From Mobula hypostoma (taxonomy: Eukaryota), in the NCBI RefSeq assembly GCF_963921235.1, contig NC_086108.1:83020001-83084000 (forward strand): a stretch of 64,000 nucleotides of DNA, read 5' to 3'. The translations under genes were made by a program, and so were the position numbers. The notes under the pieces are model-generated. The model was not told where the DNA came from. It worked only from the letters and a program-made list of their open reading frames with translations, and ran no database searches. Positions 1 through 11,800 of this stretch are shown in pieces (position 1 is the stretch's first letter; each line of letters opens with the position of its first letter).

Positions 1-760
1 TGGTCTATAAAAAAACACCCAGTAGAGTTGTTGACCCTTTCCTGTTTCTAACATCCACACACAGAGACTCAGTAGACTCTCTCCATGACTTCTTCCTCTT
101 CTGCAGCCGTGACACTATATCCGATCAGCAGTGTCACACCCCCACCTCTTTTGCGTCCCTCCCTGTCCTTTCTGAAACATCTGAAGCCTGGCACTCTAGG
201 TAGCCATTCCTGCCCCTGAGTCATCCAAGTCTCTGTAATGGCCACAACATCATAGCTCCAAGTACTGATCCATGCTCTAAGCTCATCCGCTTTGTTCCTG
301 ATGCTTCTTACATTAAATTAGACACATCTCAAACCATCAGTCTGAGCGTATCACTTCCCTATCACCTGCCTATTCTCCCTCTCGCACTGCCTACGTGTTC
401 TCTATTTGTGAGCCAACCACCTCTTCCTCCATCTCTTCAGTTTGGTTCCTACCCCTCAGCAATTCTAGTTTAAACTCTCCCCAATAACCTTAGCAAACCT
501 CCCTGCCAGGACATCAGTCCCCTTTAGATTCAGGTGCAACCCATCCTTATTGTACAGGTCACACCTGCCCTAAAAGAGGTCCCAATGATCCAGAAATCTG
601 AATCCCTGCCCCCGCTCCAACCTCTCAGCCACGCATTTATCCTCTACCTCACTCTATTCCTATACTCACTGTCACGAGATTACTACCCTTGTCCTGCTTC
701 TCAGATTCTTTCCTCACTTCCTGTAGTCTGTCTTCAGTACCTCCTCCCTATTTTGTGTAT
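1..760 (-). mobile_element. CR1 LINE fragment: ORF1 SGNH-esterase C-terminus plus ORF2 endonuclease N-terminus, decayed, runs off the window edge
   Basis: Minus-strand translation gives FRFLDHWDLF*GRCDLYNKDGLHLN (CR1 ORF1 esterase), followed by FNVRSIRNKADELRAWISTWSYDVVAITETW...GFRCFRKDREGRKRGGGV (APE-like endonuclease). Confidence 0.85.
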
Positions 761-799
761 GTTACCTCCCACCTCAACTTCCTGATAGACAGACTGCAA

Positions 800-2010
800 T
801 CAGTAAGGGAGGAAGCAACACCTTCACCATAATTATTACCAACACTGGTGCTCCACAAATCTGTATCCTCTACTCCTTGTACACTTACAGCTTCTTCTCT
901 ATCTACAATTTTGAAGATGATACCACCGTAGTAGGCCGTATCTAAAATAATGATGAGCTGGAATATAGGAAACTTAGATGAGATGGTAGCATATTAGCAC
1001 AATGCATTACAGTACTGAGTTCAATTCCCGCCAGTTTCCTGGTTTCCTTCCACTTTTCAAGACACACCATTGGTAGGTTAATTGGTCTATGTAAATTGTT
1101 CCATGATTAGGCTAGGGTTAAAGTTGGGGATTGCTGGGTGATGCGGTTCAAATAACCAGAAGGGCCTATTCCACACAGTATCTCAATAAGTAAGTAAATA
1201 AATAAATAAATAAATAAGTTAGCATGGTTTCATGATAGCAACCATTCGCTCAATATCACCAAAACAAAAGAGCTAGCCATTGACTTCAGGACAGGAGAAG
1301 TACACATGCTCCTATCTACATCAACAGTGTTGAAAGCTGAGACGGCTGTAAGCTTCAAATTCCCAGCTGTAAAATCAACAATAATCTGTCCTGGTCCATC
1401 CGTGGCCAAGAAAGATCACCAGTGCTTCTACTTGCTTGGGAGGCTAAAGAAATTTGGCATATGTCCCCTTTGACTCTTACGAATATCGATTGAAGCACCA
1501 GAGAAAGCATTCTGTCTGGATGCATCACAGGTTGGTTATGACAATTGCTCTGTCGTGACTGCAAGAAGCTACAGAGAGTTATGGGCGTAGCTCAGCGCAT
1601 CACAGAAACCAGCCTCCCCATGGATTCTGTCTCTGCTTCTGTCTCAGTAAAGCAGCCAACGTAGTCAATGACCTTACTCATCCCCAACACACTCTCTCTT
1701 CTCCCCCTTCCATTAGATAGAACACACAAAACCCTGAAAACACACACCACCAGGGCTCAAGTACAGCTTCTACTCTGCTGTTCTCAGACTGTCGAATGGT
1801 TCCCTAGTCCGATAATACAGACATCTTGCACCTTATTGTCTACCTGCACTGCACCTTCTCTGTTCCTGTACATGTTATTCTGCATTCTGTTTTACCTTGT
1901 GCTACGTCAATGCCTGGGTAATGATTTGATCTGTGTGAACAATATGCAAGACAAGCTTTTCATGTACTTTGGTACACGCGACTATTATAAACCAGTTCCA
2001 AATCCAAATG
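800..2010 (+). mobile_element. Rex1/Babar-like LINE 3' portion (RT and C-terminus), decayed, interrupted by a SINE
   Basis: NTGAPQ, YSLYT and DDTTVVGRI..NDE.EYR remnants, then LNITKTKEL.IDFR and ESILSGCIT.WY; ends in attataaaccagttccaaatccaaat. Confidence 0.75.
978..1218 (+). mobile_element. V-SINE (HE1-like)
   Basis: B-box-like gttcaattccc, core ggtttccttccac..caagac..ggtaggttaattgg, CR1-like tail gaagggcctattcc, and a (TAAA)n end. Confidence 0.75.
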
Positions 2011-2337
2011 TTCATTTCCAGTTTCAACCATGTCAAAAATGAAAGCCCAAGTCTGACCCTCTCTGCTCATGCATCTCCAGTCAGGGAAATACATATTGCA
2101 GACACTGAAGTGCCCTGCTCTTCAATCTAAACTGTCAATTAACAATATCTTAAATCACAACAAACTGGATTAGAGGTAGATATCTCAGATTGGTATTTTT
2201 TTTACTGAAATTGATATCTTAGACTCACAGATCCATCTCCTATGTTACGAAATGTCACCAAGGACCACAGCAAATGACCCTCCCAAAAATGTTTATAAGG
2301 AGCCTCGGTGAGACTGTATCTGGACAGACATATAGAA

Positions 2338-3733
2338 CTGGCACGGAATGGTAGTGGTTGGAACAAATGCTTTACAGCACTGACAATTGCCAGCTGGTGT
2401 TCAATTCCCGCTGTTATCTATAAGGAATATGTGTGTTCTCCCCATGATTGTGTGTGTTTCCTCTGGCTGTTCCAGTTTCCTGCCACATTCCAAAGATGTA
2501 AGGTTAGGTTGAGAGTATGCGGGCAGTGGGCAAATCAGCCCTCTTGTGCTTCTTGATCTCCTCACTTGAGATTCAATTTCACGCAATCCTGCCACTTTGA
2601 TCTGGCCCATGCCTTCATTAACCAGGTCCAACACTTGCCTTTCTTGGATCTTGCCCCTCCTGACAACGGTAATCAGGTTTGTGGGGGTGTGGCCAGAGTT
2701 AGTCAGGGTGTGCCTAGGGTTTGTGGGGATGTGGCATGATAATCGGGATGTGCCGAGGGTTTGTGGGGGTGTGTGCCCCCTTGGACTTTAGGATTAGGTT
2801 TGAGTGTTGGGCTAGTGGATGTATGTGTGTGACTGGGAGAGGTAAGGCTGCAGAGTTTTGAGTGGTGAGGTATGAGGTGCTATGGCGCATAGGCTCGTGT
2901 GGTGAAGCCAGGTGAATCTGGCCCATGCCTTTCATTATCGTGCTCCGACACCACTTGGTTCAATGAACCGGGTGTGCACTGGGACACATCATCAGTAATG
3001 CATCCTCGGATCATCGGGTGTTTCGGGTCTTTCATCATTAGACACCCTCCCCGAGGCGACCCAGCCAGAGTTGATCAAGCTCGGCTTGTGTTTTCCCATG
3101 AAACAGGATAATGAGAGGCATGTAACTCTGAGGGTAATGATGTTTTTAAACATCATTACCTGGCATCTGTATGCCTGGGATTGCATGGGTTAAATTGACA
3201 GTGTTTACTGGGCATTCGGTGTCTCTGCCCCTGAGTTTAGTGGTGACTTGTTTTCTGTGGACCCAGCTTGGGTTTAATTTTCTGGTTCTCCCTCACCTTT
3301 TGGGCATCTGGGCTTTTTTATTGGCATTTTGTCGACCGGGAGATTGAAGAGCGTGTCACTGTAAGGTTAGGTTGAGAGTATGCGGGCAGTGGGCAAATCA
3401 GCCCTCTTGTGCTTCTTGATCTCCTCACTTGAGATTCAATTTCATGCAACCCTGCCACTTTGATCTGGCCCACGCCTTCATTAACCAGGTCCAACACTTG
3501 TAATTCTTGGATGTACTTTCCTGCCACATTCCAAAGATGTACGGTTAGGGCTAGGATTAGGGTTAGGGTTAATAAGTTGTGGGTGTGCTATGTTGGCACT
3601 GGAAGTGTGGTGATAATTGTGGACTGCCCTAGCACAACTCTTGCAGATTTGATTTGGCGCAAATGACGCATTTCACTGTATGATTCGATGTTTTGGTGTA
3701 CGTATGACAGATAAAGCTAATCTTTAATTCTTT
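2338..3733 (+). mobile_element. V-SINE split by a ~1-kb insertion (SINE parts about 2338-2500 and 3517-3733)
   Basis: A/B-box-like head (tggtagtggttgg...gttcaattcccg), core gtttcctgccacattccaaagatgta duplicated on both sides of the insert, and tail gataaagctaatctttaattcttt. Confidence 0.75.
2497..3516. mobile_element. Unclassified ~1-kb non-coding insertion with 153-bp terminal direct repeats (TRIM-like?)
   Basis: Near-identical repeats at 2497-2649 and 3360-3512; flanking 25-bp duplication tttcctgccacattccaaagatgta at 2476-2500 and 3517-3541; no credible ORF. Confidence 0.65.
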
Positions 3734-3789
3734 CAGCTGTGACAGAGTGGAATGCAGAGATGGCACTTCTAATCGCTTGGACGTCTGAA

Positions 3790-4200
3790 GCCTGGAGTCA
3801 CAGTCTCAAAATATGGGCTTGGATTTTAGGACAGATATGCAAAGAATTTCCTTCACCCAGAAAATGTCAAATCTTTAGAACCTTCTACCCCAGAGGGCTG
3901 TGAAGATTTAGTCACTAGGTATATCCAAGACAGAGGTTCTCAGATAATAATGAACTGAAGGGAAATGGAGTTAATCTAAGAAGGTACACTGAGTTAAAAC
4001 ATCAGCTGTGATCAAGAGGAGTTAGTAACTGAGAGCAATAAGTTGCAAAGGTGCAGGGAGAGGGTGTCTACAGTCAACTGCTCCTCTGGGAGTTGGCTCT
4101 GAGCAGACGAACCAAATCCCCTCCTTCTGTATTATCATACTTCTAAAAAATTTGAATTCTGGAGCAGGCACAAGGAGCTGAATGACTGACTTCTGTTTCT
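3790..4200 (+). mobile_element. Old degenerate CR1 3' fragment
   Basis: agtcacagtctcaaaata...ttcttcacccaga-like motif, ctaccccagagggctgtg, and tail ggagcaggcacaaggagctgaatg. Confidence 0.55.
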
Positions 4201-4685
4201 TTATTTTAAGTTTTCATATAATATTTTGGCAGCATAAATGACAAGAAGTCATATTAGTTACTGTATGCATCTTTTGAATATGCCCAAACTCATTAGAGTT
4301 GACACTTTGCACAATCACATCTCCCTGATGTTCTTTCACCTTCACTTGTTTTTACAGACAGGAGCCTCAAGCCAAATAGAGTAGTTTGCAGTTTTTGGCA
4401 TCAAAGCCTAGCAATTTTGCCTTAGTTCTGATGAAAATCTGGGGCAATGTAAGGTTACTGTCAAACCAACACCAAATTCATTGCGAAGTGAAGCAAATTC
4501 CTTTATGCAAGGAATTGTCCTTTCATTTAATTCAGTTTTAAAGGAGCTGCACAGCACGCATAGGCAGGTAGGAACAAATGAGGTACTTATGGAGTGCAAG
4601 AAAAGCAAGAGAATACTTAAAAAAGAAATCAGGCGGGCTGAAAAAAAAGGCATGAGGTTGCCCTAGAAGACAAGGTGAAGGAGAA

Positions 4686-5055
4686 ACTTATCAAAATGTG
4701 GAAAGGCCTTCATAGAGTGGATGTGGAAAGAATATTTCCTATGGGGGCAGAGTCTAAGACCAGAAGACACAGCCTCATAATAGAAGGGCATCCTTTTAGA
4801 ATGGAATTGAGGGGGAATTTCTTTAGCCAGCGAGTGGCGTATCTGTGGAATTTGTTGCCACAGGCAGCTGTGGAGGCTATTTTAATGCATATTTAAGGCG
4901 GAGGTTGATAGATTCTTGACTGATCACGGCATAAAGGATATGAGGGGAAGCAGGAGACTGGGGCTGAAAAGACAGTGGATCTGCCATGATGAAATGGCGG
5001 AGCAGAATCAATGAGCCAAATGGCCTAATTCTGCTCCTATATCTTCTGGTCATAT
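4686..5055 (+). mobile_element. CR1 3' fragment (second subfamily) nested in CR1
   Basis: KGLHRVDVERIFP...TRRHSL...FFSQRVAYLWNLLPQ and tail ctcctatatcttctggtcatat; ggagaa is repeated at both junctions. Confidence 0.8.
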
Positions 5056-5471
5056 GGAGAATCCTACGGGATTCCACAAAAGTGGTAAGAGCAAAAGGAT
5101 TACAAGGGACAAAATTAGTTCTCTGGAATATCAGAATGGTAATCTATGTGTGAAGCCAAAAGAGATGGATGGATTTTTGGCATCTATATTTACTTGGGAG
5201 ACAGACACAGAGCCTATAGAAGTGAGGCAAAGCAGCAACAAGATCATGGACCCTATACAGATTACAAAGGAGGAGGTGTTTCTGTCTTGAGGCAAATTAG
5301 GCTGGATAAATCCCCAGGGCCTGAGAAGGTGTTCCCTCAGACCCTGTGAGAGGCAAGTGCAGAAATTGCAGGTGCCCTAGTAGAGATGTTCACATCGTCC
5401 TAGTGACAGGTGAGGTACTGGACAACTGGAGGATATCTAATGTTCCACTGTTTAAGAAAGGCTCTAAAAAT

Positions 5472-5736
5472 TGATGGCTAGTGGCGTAGTAGCATCAGTG
5501 CTGGACTTTGGGGCGAGAGTTCCCGAGTTCGATTCCAGCCGGCACCCTTGCACACTCTCCATCCGTGCTGGGTTAAGAGCTGGTGATCTCTTAAAAAAAA
5601 AACTCACCCGGCAGAAGGCAATGGCAAACCACTGCTGTAACTTGCCTTGTACATGATTTCCCAATACGTCAGAATGGCATGGAAGGAAATCGCCCGCTAA
5701 CCAGAAAATTCCGGATGCGACATACCTTACCTTACC
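5472..5736 (+). mobile_element. tRNA-derived SINE with RTE/BovB-type motif and (CTTAC)n tail
   Basis: A box tggcgtagtagc, B box gagttcgattcc, internal gaaggcaatggcaaaccactgc, and tail ataccttaccttacc; it interrupts the CR1 ORF2. Confidence 0.75.
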
Positions 5737-7050
5737 TGAAAATAAACCAGGAAATTATAGGCTCATGAGCCTGACATTAATAGTAGGAAAGTAATTGGAA
5801 GGTATTCTAAGGGACCAGATAGATGAGTACTTGGACAGACAAGGACTGATTAGGGATAGTCAACATGGCTTCATGTGTAGCAGGTTGTGTCTAACCAATC
5901 CTATAAGAATATTTCAAGGAAGTTACCAGGAAAGTTGATGAAGGCAAAGCCTGGCATATGACAAGGTCCCACATGGCAGATTGGTCAAGAAGGTTCAGTG
6001 GCTTGGCATTCAAGATGAGGTAGTAAATCTGTTTAGGCTTTGGCTTTGTGGGAGAAACCAGAGAGTGGTAGTAGATTGTTACTTTTCTTACTGGAGGCCT
6101 GTGACTAGGGGAGTGCCGCAAGGATCGGTGCTGAGTCTATTGTTGTTTGTCATCTATATGAATGATCTGGATGATAATGGGATTAACTGGATCAGCAAAC
6201 TTGCAGATGTCATCAAGATCGGAGGGTTTGGACTAGTTGGAAAAATAGCCTGAAAAATAGCAGGCAGAATTTAATGCAGGCAAGTGCGAGGTCTTATACT
6301 TTGGTATGACCAACCGGGGTAGATCTTATACAGTGAACTGAGGAGTGTGGTAGACAAAGGGATCTGGAAACACAGATTCATAATTTATTGAAAGTGGCAT
6401 CACTGGTACACAGGGTCGTAAGGAAAACTTTTGGCACATTGACCTTCATAAAACAAAATATTGAGTACAGGAGATGAGATGTTTTGTTCAAATCATATAA
6501 GAACTTGTGGAGGCCCCATTTGGAGTATTGTGTACAGTTTTGGTTACCTACCTGCAGGAAAGATATACAGTAAATAAGGTTGAAAGAGTACAGCAAGGAT
6601 ATTGCTGAGGACTGGAGGACCTGTGTTATAAGAACTAATTGAAAAGGTTAGGACTTTATTCTTTGGAAAGTAAAAGATTGACAGGAGATTTGATAGAAGT
6701 ATACAAAGTTATGAGGGATATAGGTAAGGTAAACGCAAGCAGGTTTTTTTCCACTGAGGTCATGTGAGACTACAACTCGAGGGGATGTGTTAAGGGTGAA
6801 AGGTGAAAAGTTATGGGAAACATGAGGGGAAATTTCTTCACTCAGAGGGTTGTGAGAATGTGAAATGAGTTGCCAGTATAAGTGGTGCATGCAAGCTTGA
6901 TTTCAATGTTTAAGAGATGTTTGGATAGGTACATGGATAGTAGGGGTGTGGATGGCTGTGGTATGAGTGCAGGGCAATAGAACTATGCAGTATAAATGGT
7001 TTGGCATGGTACTATAGAAAGGGTGCAGAGGAGATTTCCAAGGATGTTGC

Positions 7051-7729
7051 AGGCCGAGACCCTTCGTCAGGACTAACTGAAGGATCTCCCAGTGGCCACC
7101 TACGCTCTGTGTGCCAGAGAAAGCAGGATCTCCCAATGGCCACACATTTTAATTCCACATCCCATTCCCATTCTGACGTCTATCCACGGCCTCCTCTACT
7201 GTAAAGATGAAGCCACACTCAGGTTGGAGGAACAACACCTTATATTCCGTCTGGGTAGCCTCCAACCTGATGGCATGAACATCGACTTCTCTAACTTCCG
7301 CTAATGCCCCACCTCCCCCTCGTACCCCATCTGTTATTTTTTTTTATACACACATTCTTTCTCTCACTCTCCTTTTTCTTCCTCTGTCCCTCTGACTATA
7401 CCCCTTGCCCATCCTCTGGTTCCCCCGCCCCCTAGTCTTTCTCCCCGGACCTCCTGTCCCATGATCCTCTCGTATCCCCTTTGCTAATCACCTGTCCAGC
7501 TCTTGGCTCCATCCCTCCCCCTCCTGTCTTCTCCTATCATTTTGGATCTCCCCCTCCCCCTCCCACTTTCAAATCTCTTACTAACTCTTCCTTCAGTTAG
7601 TCCTGATGAAGGGTCTCAGCCTGAAACATCGACTGTACCTCTTCCTAGAGATGCTGTCTGGCCTGCTGCATTCACCAGCAACTTTGATGTGTGTTGCTTG
7701 AATTTCCAGCATCTGCAGAATACCTGTTG
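7051..7729 (+). mobile_element. Penelope-like element (PLE) 3' fragment with short inverted 5' arm
   Basis: GIY-YIG C-terminus (HLRSV..QDLPMATHFNS; LRLEEQHLIFRLGSLQPDGMNIDFS). 7051-7084 is the reverse complement of 7589-7622. TSD tttccaaggatgYtgc at about 7035-7050 and 7730-7745. Confidence 0.85.
7599..7634 (+). ncRNA. Minimal type-I hammerhead ribozyme motif in Penelope terminal repeat (helix III mutated)
   Basis: AGTC-CTGATGA-a-GGGT-ctca-GCCT-GAAAC-ATC-GACT: both core boxes present and stem I AGTC/GACT; GTC>ATC change relative to the other copies. Confidence 0.6.
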
Positions 7730-8484
7730 TTTCCAAGGATGCTGCCTGGTTTGGGGAGCATGCCTTATGAAAACAGATTGAGTGAACTCAGCCTTTTCTC
7801 CTTGGAGCGACGGAGGATGAAAGGTGACCTGATAGAGGTATATAAGATGATGAGAGGCATTGATCGTGTGGATAGTCAGAGGCTTTTTCCCAGGGCTGAA
7901 ATGGCTAGCACAGGAGGGCACAGTTTCAAGGTGCTTTGAAGCAGGTACAGAGGAGACGTCAGGGATAAGTTTTTTACACAGAGAGTGGTGAGTGCATGGA
8001 ATAGGCTGCCGGCGACAGTGATGGAGGTGGATATGATAGGGTCTTTTAAGAGACTCCTGTACAGGTACATGGAGCTCAGAAAAATAGAGGGCTATGGGTA
8101 ACCCGAGGTAATTTCTTAGGTAAGGACATGTTCGGCACAGCTTTGTGGGTCGAAGGGCCTGCATTGTGCTGTGGGTTTTCTATGTTTCTATGACTAGATG
8201 GGCTGAAGGGCTTGTTTCAGTGCCATATTTTTCTATGACTCTATGACTCTAAATTATGCACTCGAACTAGATTTCCATTATAACTGGAGCATCAATAAAG
8301 CACAGGCCCTAATCATAGTAACACCTGACTCTTCAAACACTCATTCATCTCAAGCCCCCGGCTTCTAACACTGCTAATCATCTGAAATGTTTTAATAGCT
8401 CAATCCAATTAAGTCACACGATCACTTAACCGCCAATTAAGTCTCCAGTGTGGTTATGTAAAACAAGCAAATAACATAAGAAAA

Positions 8485-9450
8485 CAAGAAACAAATGAAA
8501 CAGAACAGTAGGCCATTCAGGCTCTTGTGGCTGCTCCGCCAAGATCATTGCTGTTTTTCTATGTCAGCCCAATAACTTGTCCCTAGGTTCTTTAATATCT
8601 AGAACTTTCTTGGTTTCAATTTTAAAGTAATCATAGATTGACCCTCTTCAGCCACAAAGAACAGTAGAGCACAGGAACGTGCCCTTTTCCCACAATTATG
8701 CCAAAGTATATGAATCCCAGCTGCTTGGAAGCAGTCTATATTCCTCCGTTCCCTCTCTGTTCACATGCCAGACCACACGCCTCTTAAACTTTGCTATTGT
8801 ATCAGCTTTATCACCTCTCCGGACAGCACGTTCCAACATCTACCACTCTCTGTGTAAAAAAAAGTTGCTTCGTACATCTTCTTTAACAACTCTCCACCTC
8901 TCACATCCGTGCTTCTAACAGTCCTGCCTTTGACCATACACTTTCTTCCTGCATTCAAAGTGCAGCAGCTCATACTTGTCTGGACTGTTCCATCGTCCAG
9001 TTGTCCCCCTGGATTTCCAACAGGTCTATATCCTTATGTATCCTTTGACAATCTTCCTCACTATCTACAACTTTGCCAATTTTTGTTTCGTCTGCAGGCT
9101 TACTAATCAGCATTTGAATCCATCTAATTTATGTGCATCACAAAAAACAAAAGTACCAGCATTGACTCTTGCAGAACACCACTGGTTACAGTCCTCCAAT
9201 CGGAATAACTATTTTTTTACCACTATCCTATGTCTTTTGTGACCAAGCATATTTTGAATCTGATCTCCCAAGTCATCAAGAATCCTATGTACCTTAATCT
9301 GCATAACACATGAGCCCTTGCTGAATGATTTACAAAGTCCATGTGGACATTCACCGTCTTATCCTCAATCAATTTTTATCGCCTCCTCAAAACTCAATCA
9401 GGTTTATAAGACATGACCTTCACCACACAAAACCATGCTTTACTATTCCT
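8485..9450 (-). mobile_element. Old degenerate CR1 fragments
   Basis: Reverse-complement CR1 tail motifs (gtaggccattcagg; agcacaggaac..gccctt) and RT remnants (gaacaccactggttaca; aaaaccatgct). Confidence 0.6.
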
Positions 9451-9453
9451 AAT

Positions 9454-9812
9454 AATCAGAATCAGGTCTATTATCACCGGCATGTGATGTGCAATTTGTT
9501 GATATAGTAGCAGCAGCAGTTCAATGCAATACATAATATAGAAGAGAAAAATAAATAAATAAAATAATAATAATAAATAAGTAAATCAATTACAATATAC
9601 ATATATTGACTAGATTTAAAATGTGCAAAAATCTGAAATACTGTATATTAAAAAAAAGTGAGATAGTGTCCAAGGGTTCAATGTCCATTTGGGAATCGGA
9701 TGGCAGAGGGGAAGAAGCTGTTCCTGAATCACTGAGAGTGTGGCTTCAGGCTTCTGTACCTCCTTCCTGAGGGTAACAGTGAGAAAAGGGCATGCTCTGG
9801 GTGCTGGAGGGC
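9454..9812 (-). mobile_element. Rex/Babar-like 3' fragment
   Basis: Reverse complement of the tail seen at 59750-60070 and 61500-61850 (aatcagaatcagg..attatcaccggcatg; ggggaagaagctgttcctgaatc); tattcctaata at both flanks. Confidence 0.75.
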
Positions 9813-9859
9813 ATGCTTATTCCTAATAAGTTCACTCTTTTCCTAATAGGAGCAAAAGG

Positions 9860-11150
9860 ATGAGGTTTCTGGTACTTGGAGGCACATGAAAAAGAAACAT
9901 GTTGAAGTCAGCATGGCTTTCATAAGGGGAAATCTTGTTTGACAAAGCTATTGCAATTCTTTGAGGAAAAAATAGGCAGGATGGTCAAAGGAGAGTCAGT
10001 GGATGATTACTTCAATTTTCAGAAGGTCCTTGATAAGGTATCACATGTGAGGCTGCTAAACAAGTTGAGAACCTATAGTAATACAGGAGAGATACTAGCG
10101 TGGACAGGTGATTGGCTCATGGGCAGACGGCAGAGGGTGGGAATAATGGTGGCTTTTTCTGGCTGACTGCAGCTAACTAGTGGTGTTTTGCATGAGTTAG
10201 CGTTGGTTCCACTAATTTTCATGTTATATGTTAATGATCTGGATGGCAGAATTAATAGGTTTGTGGCCAAGTTTATGGATGATACAAAGATAGATAGAGG
10301 GATAGGTAGTGTTAATGAACAGGGAGTCTAAAAAAGGACTTGGACAGATTGGGAAAATAGACAAAGAAGTGGTAGGTGGAATACAGTATAGGGCAAGGTA
10401 TGGTGATGCACTTTGGTAGAAGGCATAAAACTGAAGAATACTTTTTAAGCAGGGAGAAAATCTGGAAATGGGAGGTGCAAAGGGACTTGGAAGTCCTCGT
10501 GCTGTATTCCTTAAAGATTAACTTGCTGGCTGAGTCAGTAGTAAGGAAGGCAAATGCAATGTTAGCATTAATTTGAAGAGGACTGGAATATAAAAGCAAG
10601 AATTTATAAGGCATTGGTCAGATAACATTTCAAGTATTGTGAGGAGATCTGTTCAACATATTTTAGATGTGCTGGCGTTGGAGAAGGTCCAGAAAATGTG
10701 TATGAGAATGATGTTGGGAATTAAAAGATTCATGTATGAAGAATGTTTAATAGCTCTAGACCTGTTCTTGCTGGAGTTTAGAAGGATGAAAGGGTATCTC
10801 ATTGAAACCTATTGAATATTGAATGGCCTGGATAGAATGGATGTGGAGACTATGTTTCCATAGTGGGGGAGTCTAGTACCAGAGGACACAGTCTCGGGAT
10901 AAGAGACATCCATTTACAATGGAGATGAAGAGGCATGTCATTAGCCAAAGTGGTTTGGATCTATGGAAGTCATTGACACAAATGTCTGTGGAGACCAAGT
11001 CACTGGATATATTTAAAGCAGTGGTTAACAGGCTCTATATTAGTAAGGGCATCAAAGGTTACAGGGAGAAGGCAGGAGAATGGGGCTGGGAGGGGAAATA
11101 AATGTTGGAATGCTGGCTGAATTTCTAAATTTTGCTCCTATGTCTAACGG
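9860..11150 (+). mobile_element. CR1 LINE RT to 3' end, decayed
   Basis: QHGF..GKSCLTKLLQFFE, FQKVLDKVSHVRLLNKL, YVNDLD...KFMDDTK, and tail gctcctatgtctaacggcc. Confidence 0.85.
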
Positions 11151-11539
11151 CCAAATCCTCCAGGATGTAAAACACCAAAGATTCAAAGAACGACTGAAGA
11201 AATGTCTGTTAATTCCAGTTAGAAAGTGTCTACCCTTTGGTTTGTGACTGAGACCTCCAGTTCTAGACTCCCCAGCCAGGGGAATTGTTCCCCTTTTATT
11301 TACCTTGTCAAGATATCTTAGAATTTTGCTTACTCCAATGAGGCCACTTAATTTTCCTAAACGTGAGGGAACAAAGGCCTAGCCTCCTCTTTTTGCTCCT
11401 CTTACAACTGACCCACCATCACAAAGAAAACACTCAGGTGAATCTTGCTGTACCATCTCTGTTCCAGCCATACCATGAAGGATCAGGCCCTTTGACCCAT
11501 CATGTCTGACCCAAACTTTGCACCCATCTACACTAATCC

Positions 11540-11800
11540 CATTTATTTATTTTATTTTGTGATAAATCGCGGTAACAGGTCCTTCTGCCCCAGTGAGCCT
11601 GCGTCGGCCAATTACACCCATGTGACCAAGTAAACTATTAACCCTTTCACTTTTGGAATATGGGAGGAAACCAGAGGATCTGGAGGAACCCCATGGGGTC
11701 ACAGGGAGTCCATACAAACTCCTTACAAACAACAGCGGGATTGAATCTGGGGCTCTGGCACTGTAATAACATAATGCTAACCACTACCCTACTGTGCTTT
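11540..11800 (-). mobile_element. V-SINE (HE1-like)
   Basis: Reverse-complement core tttggaatatgggaggaaaccagagg, B box gggattgaatc, and (TTTA)n tail at about 11541-11557. Confidence 0.75.

Larger units (their letters stand above)
7017..8191 (+). mobile_element. CR1 3' fragment nested in a CR1 3'UTR, itself split by a Penelope element
   Basis: ERVQRRFPRML|PGLGSMPYENRLSELSLFSLERRRMKGDLIEVYKMMRGIDRVD; ends ttttctatgtttctatg. Confidence 0.8.
4518..8251 (+). mobile_element. CR1 (HER1-like) LINE, 5'-truncated, hosting nested insertions
   Basis: ORF fragments DKSPGPEKVFPQTL and RGVPQGSVLSLLLFVIYMNDLD...ISKLAD. The body resumes after inserts at 4686-5055, 5472-5736 and 7017-8191, and ends with ctatgactctatgactcta. 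Confidence 0.85.

Noticed and set aside
2980..3045. Hammerhead-like words (tgatga..gaaac) on the minus strand of the unclassified element
   Set aside because: I could not form stems I and II around the motifs, so a retrozyme call is unsupported.
3543..3570. Telomere-like TTAGGG repeats
   Set aside because: Only a few degenerate units within the SINE body; not an interstitial telomere array.
5478..5545. tRNA gene
   Set aside because: The A/B boxes belong to a SINE head continuous with a SINE body and tail.
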